From NCBI RefSeq assembly GCF_003334315.1, contig NZ_QOWR01000031.1: a DNA stretch of 50,632 nucleotides, one strand, 5' to 3'. Below are positions 48,053-50,632 of the stretch, in pieces. Within the stretch, counting starts at the first letter, position 1. Each line of letters starts with the position of its first letter. Position numbers and translations under genes: made by a program. Under the pieces are notes generated by a model, which was not told the origin of the DNA, ran no database searches, and worked only from the letters and a program-made list of their open reading frames with translations. Source of the DNA: Escherichia coli (GTDB lineage Bacteria; Pseudomonadota; Gammaproteobacteria; Enterobacterales; Enterobacteriaceae).

Positions 48053-48693
48053 GGTGCGGGTTTAAGAAACGTCATTTCTACGGGAATAACCCCTGCGCCT
48101 AACATTTGCCGACTTTGACGAACCTGGCCAGTAGCCGAATCGACCCAGAATGTGTTTTGCCACTGTTTTTCTGGCAGCGTGGAAGTCACCTCTTCCTGCC
48201 AGACATTACACAGCACATTGCGACCCGCAATATTCAGCGTCTCTAATCCAGCAAAGGAAAAAGTAGAACTCAGGGTCGCAGAGCGAAAATGGTTGTCTTC
48301 ACTCCAGAGAATATCGCGCGTCCAGCGGCTGCCATCTTTTATTGCCAGCGCGTTACGCAGAGGGTCCTGCCCGGAATTTGTCACTTCCAGCAGATTATTA
48401 TTAAGTTTGACGGTTTTTAAAAGACGTCCATTGTGGGTAACCAGCATGGCGTTATCCTGGGATAACCATTTGCTTTGTTCTTGTTCTATATATCCCAGTA
48501 CCACAAAGATTCGTTGCCCTTCATTAAGGCGTAAATACATCGTGGAATAAGGCAACGCCTGGATCTGCTGATCCGCTACGGTGATATCCTGATTATCGAA
48601 AAGGCTGGCGCGAAATGTATCGACCATACTTTGCTGGCTGTGCGTACATCCCGCAAGAAATAGTGCGAAAATCGATAAAATAAGAGGGCGCAC
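48049..48693 (-). CDS. gfcB: Lipoprotein GfcB (YmcC)
   Basis: 214 aa with lipobox LAGC (MRPLILSIFALFLAGCTHS). Confidence 0.88.
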   Translation of the reverse strand: MRPLILSIFALFLAGCTHSQQSMVDTFRASLFDNQDITVADQQIQALPYSTMYLRLNEGQRIFVVLGYIEQEQSKWLSQDNAMLVTHNGRLLKTVKLNNNLLEVTNSGQDPLRNALAIKDGSRWTRDILWSEDNHFRSATLSSTFSFAGLETLNIAGRNVLCNVWQEEVTSTLPEKQWQNTFWVDSATGQVRQSRQMLGAGVIPVEMTFLKPAP

Positions 48694-48799
48694 CTTTAAT
48701 CCTTGAAAGGTTAATTAAAAAAATGCAAATCTCTAAAGCCCGGTACGAATATCGCAACCGGGTATCATTTAACTTTAATTTCGACGCGTTAAAGCAGTA

Positions 48800-49105
48800 T
48801 TAGTGTGTAGTGGACGTGGTGGTTGAGGTGTTATGAGAACCGCCATCGCCACTGTCATTTGCTGCAACAACTGCCAACGTCGCCACACCAACAGCCGTTG
48901 CCACACCGACAACTGTCGCCGTGCCGACAGCGCCAGCAGCCACGCCACCAGTGGTAGTAGCAGTCGTGGTTGCGCCGGTAGTGGTCGTTGTGGTGCCAGT
49001 AGTACCCGTCGTTGCCTCGGTCCCGTTTGTTGCTTCAGGGGCAGCAAACGCAGCTGGCGTCGTCAACATGAAGGCCATAAGGATTGCAGAAAGCTTGTGT
49101 TTCAT
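48800..49105 (-). CDS. gfcA: Threonine-rich small secreted protein GfcA (YmcD)
   Basis: ATG at 49105 (MKHKLSAILMAFMLTTPAAFA signal peptide) followed by a T/G/A-rich low-complexity region; 101 aa. Confidence 0.85.
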   Translation of the reverse strand: MKHKLSAILMAFMLTTPAAFAAPEATNGTEATTGTTGTTTTTTGATTTATTTGGVAAGAVGTATVVGVATAVGVATLAVVAANDSGDGGSHNTSTTTSTTH

Positions 49106-49546
49106 AACTTTTCCTTTATTCATCGCATGGACAATACGTACGCTTGAGATCAAGATTGTCTACTTTGAGTATAACATCCTTGTGAAATCTCCCTTTCCTC
49201 ATACCGCTTGCACTATATACTGCGGGTAGGAAAGGCGCGCAGAGGGAAATATAAGATTGTTAACTATCCCCCTCTGGAAATACGACTTGTGAGCATAAGA
49301 TAAATCTTAGCAAAATACAAATTAAAGATAAGGAAATTGTTACGAAAGCTATTAATTATTGTTGGTAATATAGTTTCAAGTGGTACTATAACTGGCTGTT
49401 AAATGGCATTTATAACTATTAGGTGCAGAGATATTCGCTTAAATGGATTAGTTTCTTTGTGGAAAAGTAACTGATGTTATAATGTATGATGTTGACTATT
49501 GCACTATTCCAATAAAACCAGTCAGCTTTAAACAAGCAGCGTCATA
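49106..49546 (-). promoter_or_regulatory. AT-rich gfc operon upstream/promoter region, uninterrupted by IS
   Basis: 441 bp AT-rich intergenic region between the gfcA start and cspH stop with no IS1 sequence (no IS1 inverted repeats or insA/insB reading frames). The promoter itself is not mapped. Confidence 0.5.
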
Positions 49547-49759
49547 TTAAGAGAGATAAACATTTGCCGCTGTTGGTCCTCGCAGGCCATTTACGCGGCA
49601 AAATTCCACACGTAATCCTGGTATAAGCACTTCTGCGTCGCGGGGAGTGAATGCGGAAATATGGACCTGAACTTCTTTACGACCGTCAGAGGGGATAATG
49701 AATCCTTTGCCGCTTTTGCGATCAAAGGTTTTGACAATTCCTGTCATTTTACGGGACAA
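49547..49759 (-). CDS. cspH: Cold-shock-domain protein CspH
   Basis: 70-aa [40 protein letters not shown]... with cold-shock domain. Confidence 0.92.
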
Positions 49760-50044
49760 ACAAATTCCTTACTGAAAATACTGCGCTGCACTATACGGGG
49801 TTAATAAAATAAAGCCAGCGATATTTAAGACCGCCGGACGGCTAAAATAAAATTTGCTTAATCTCAATTATCATGCGTTAATAGCTGCGTCGGTTTGAAA
49901 GACAGACAGCATACAAAGTAGTTTACTAAAGCAGTTCTCATTATCAGGCATTATCCCCTTCTTTTGAGTCTCTCTCCTGAACACTAAGTAGTTTCTGTAT
50001 TAAAGCCCTGTTTGCCGAAAGGCCCAAAATGAAGGAAGTAAAAT

Positions 50045-50179
50045 ATGTCTAATAAAATGACTGGTTTAGTAAAATGGTTTAACGCAGATAAAGGTTTTGG
50101 CTTTATCACTCCTGATGATGGCAGCAAAGACGTTTTCGTCCATTTCACTGCCATCCAGAGCAATGAATTCCGCACGCTG
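50045..50179 (+). pseudogene. cspG: Cold-shock protein CspG, N-terminal 45 codons only; truncated by IS1 at 50179/50180
   Basis: Translation [45 protein letters not shown] matches the CspG N-terminus (RNP1 KGFGFI, RNP2 VFVHF). The reading frame then runs into the IS1 inverted repeat (track ORF 50045..50260); the expected C-terminal ~25 aa are missing. Confidence 0.88.
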
Positions 50180-50632
50180 GGTAATGACTCCAACTTATTG
50201 ATAGTGTTTTATGTTCAGATAATGCCCGATGACTTTGTCATGCAGCTCCACCGATTTTGAGAACGACAGCGACTTCCGTCCCAGCCGTGCCAGGTGCTGC
50301 CTCAGATTCAGGTTATGCCGCTCAATTCGCTGCGTATATCGCTTGCTGATTACGTGCAGCTTTCCCTTCAGGCGGGATTCATACAGCGGCCAGCCATCCG
50401 TCATCCATATCACCACGTCAAAGGGTGACAGCAGGCTCATAAGACGCCCCAGCGTCGCCATAGTGCGTTCACCGAATACGTGCGCAACAACCGTCTTCCG
50501 GAGACTGTCATACGCGTAAAACAGCCAGCGCTGGCGCGATTTAGCCCCGACATAGCCCCACTGTTCGTCCATTTCCGCGCAGACGATGACGTCACTGCCC
50601 GGCTGTATGCGCGAGGTTACCGACTGCGGCCT
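50180..50632 (-). mobile_element. IS1 insertion sequence, partial (IRR-proximal 453 bp; rest lies right of the window)
   Basis: 50180 onward reads GGTAATGACTCCAACTTATTGATAGTG..., the reverse complement of the IS1 right end as I recall it, continuing as antisense insB to the window edge. Confidence 0.93.
50195..50632 (-). CDS. insB: IS1 transposase InsB region (C-terminal part; 5' end beyond window)
   Basis: Minus-strand translation ...[68 protein letters not shown]...[15 protein letters not shown] with stop at 50195..50197. Confidence 0.92.
   Translation of the reverse strand, partial: RPQSVTSRIQPGSDVIVCAEMDEQWGYVGAKSRQRWLFYAYDSLRKTVVAHVFGERTMATLGRLMSLLSPFDVVIWMTDGWPLYESRLKGKLHVISKRYTQRIERHNLNLRQHLARLGRKSLSFSKSVELHDKVIGHYLNIKHYQ

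Noticed and set aside
48880-49030. Possible tandem-repeat contingency locus in gfcA
   Set aside because: The repeats are imperfect and in-frame low complexity only; no homopolymer or perfect short tandem array was seen.
49154-49546. AT-rich gfcA-cspH intergenic region as a possible horizontally acquired islet or hidden small gene
   Set aside because: No ORF with a credible RBS and no IS or integrase remnants; the base composition is typical of H-NS-bound promoter regions. Retained only as a regulatory region.

Overview
This window is an Escherichia coli-type chromosomal segment, and I did not find an undescribed biological system in it. Every substantial ORF maps to a recognisable, collinear gene set: the tail of the elf/ycb fimbrial operon (elfC 3' fragment, elfG, ycbU, ycbV, ycbF), pyrD, zapC, ycbX, rlmL, uup, pqiABC, rmf, fabA, ycbZ, matP, ompA, sulA, sxy, yccS-yccF, helD, mgsA, yccT, yccU, hspQ, rlmI, yccX, tusE, yccA, tRNA-Ser (serT), hyaABCDEF, appCB-appX-appA, etk-etp-gfcEDCBA, cspH and the 5' part of cspG. 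Gene calls rest on reading the six-frame translations and on recall of the E. coli K-12 proteins; no database search was possible. The non-routine content is IS1-related. A partial IS1 (IRL end) occupies 1..204 and splits the usher gene elfC. A second partial IS1 (IRR end) starts at 50180 and truncates cspG after codon 45. Both copies are in the same orientation and bracket about 50 kb of housekeeping, anaerobic-respiration and capsule genes. The gfcA-cspH intergenic region is continuous here, whereas I recall an IS1 at that position in the K-12 reference, so the group 4 capsule promoter looks intact. Two known small genes below the 60-aa ORF cutoff (rmf, appX) were recovered by eye. Most long antisense or overlapping ORFs in the track are judged spurious.
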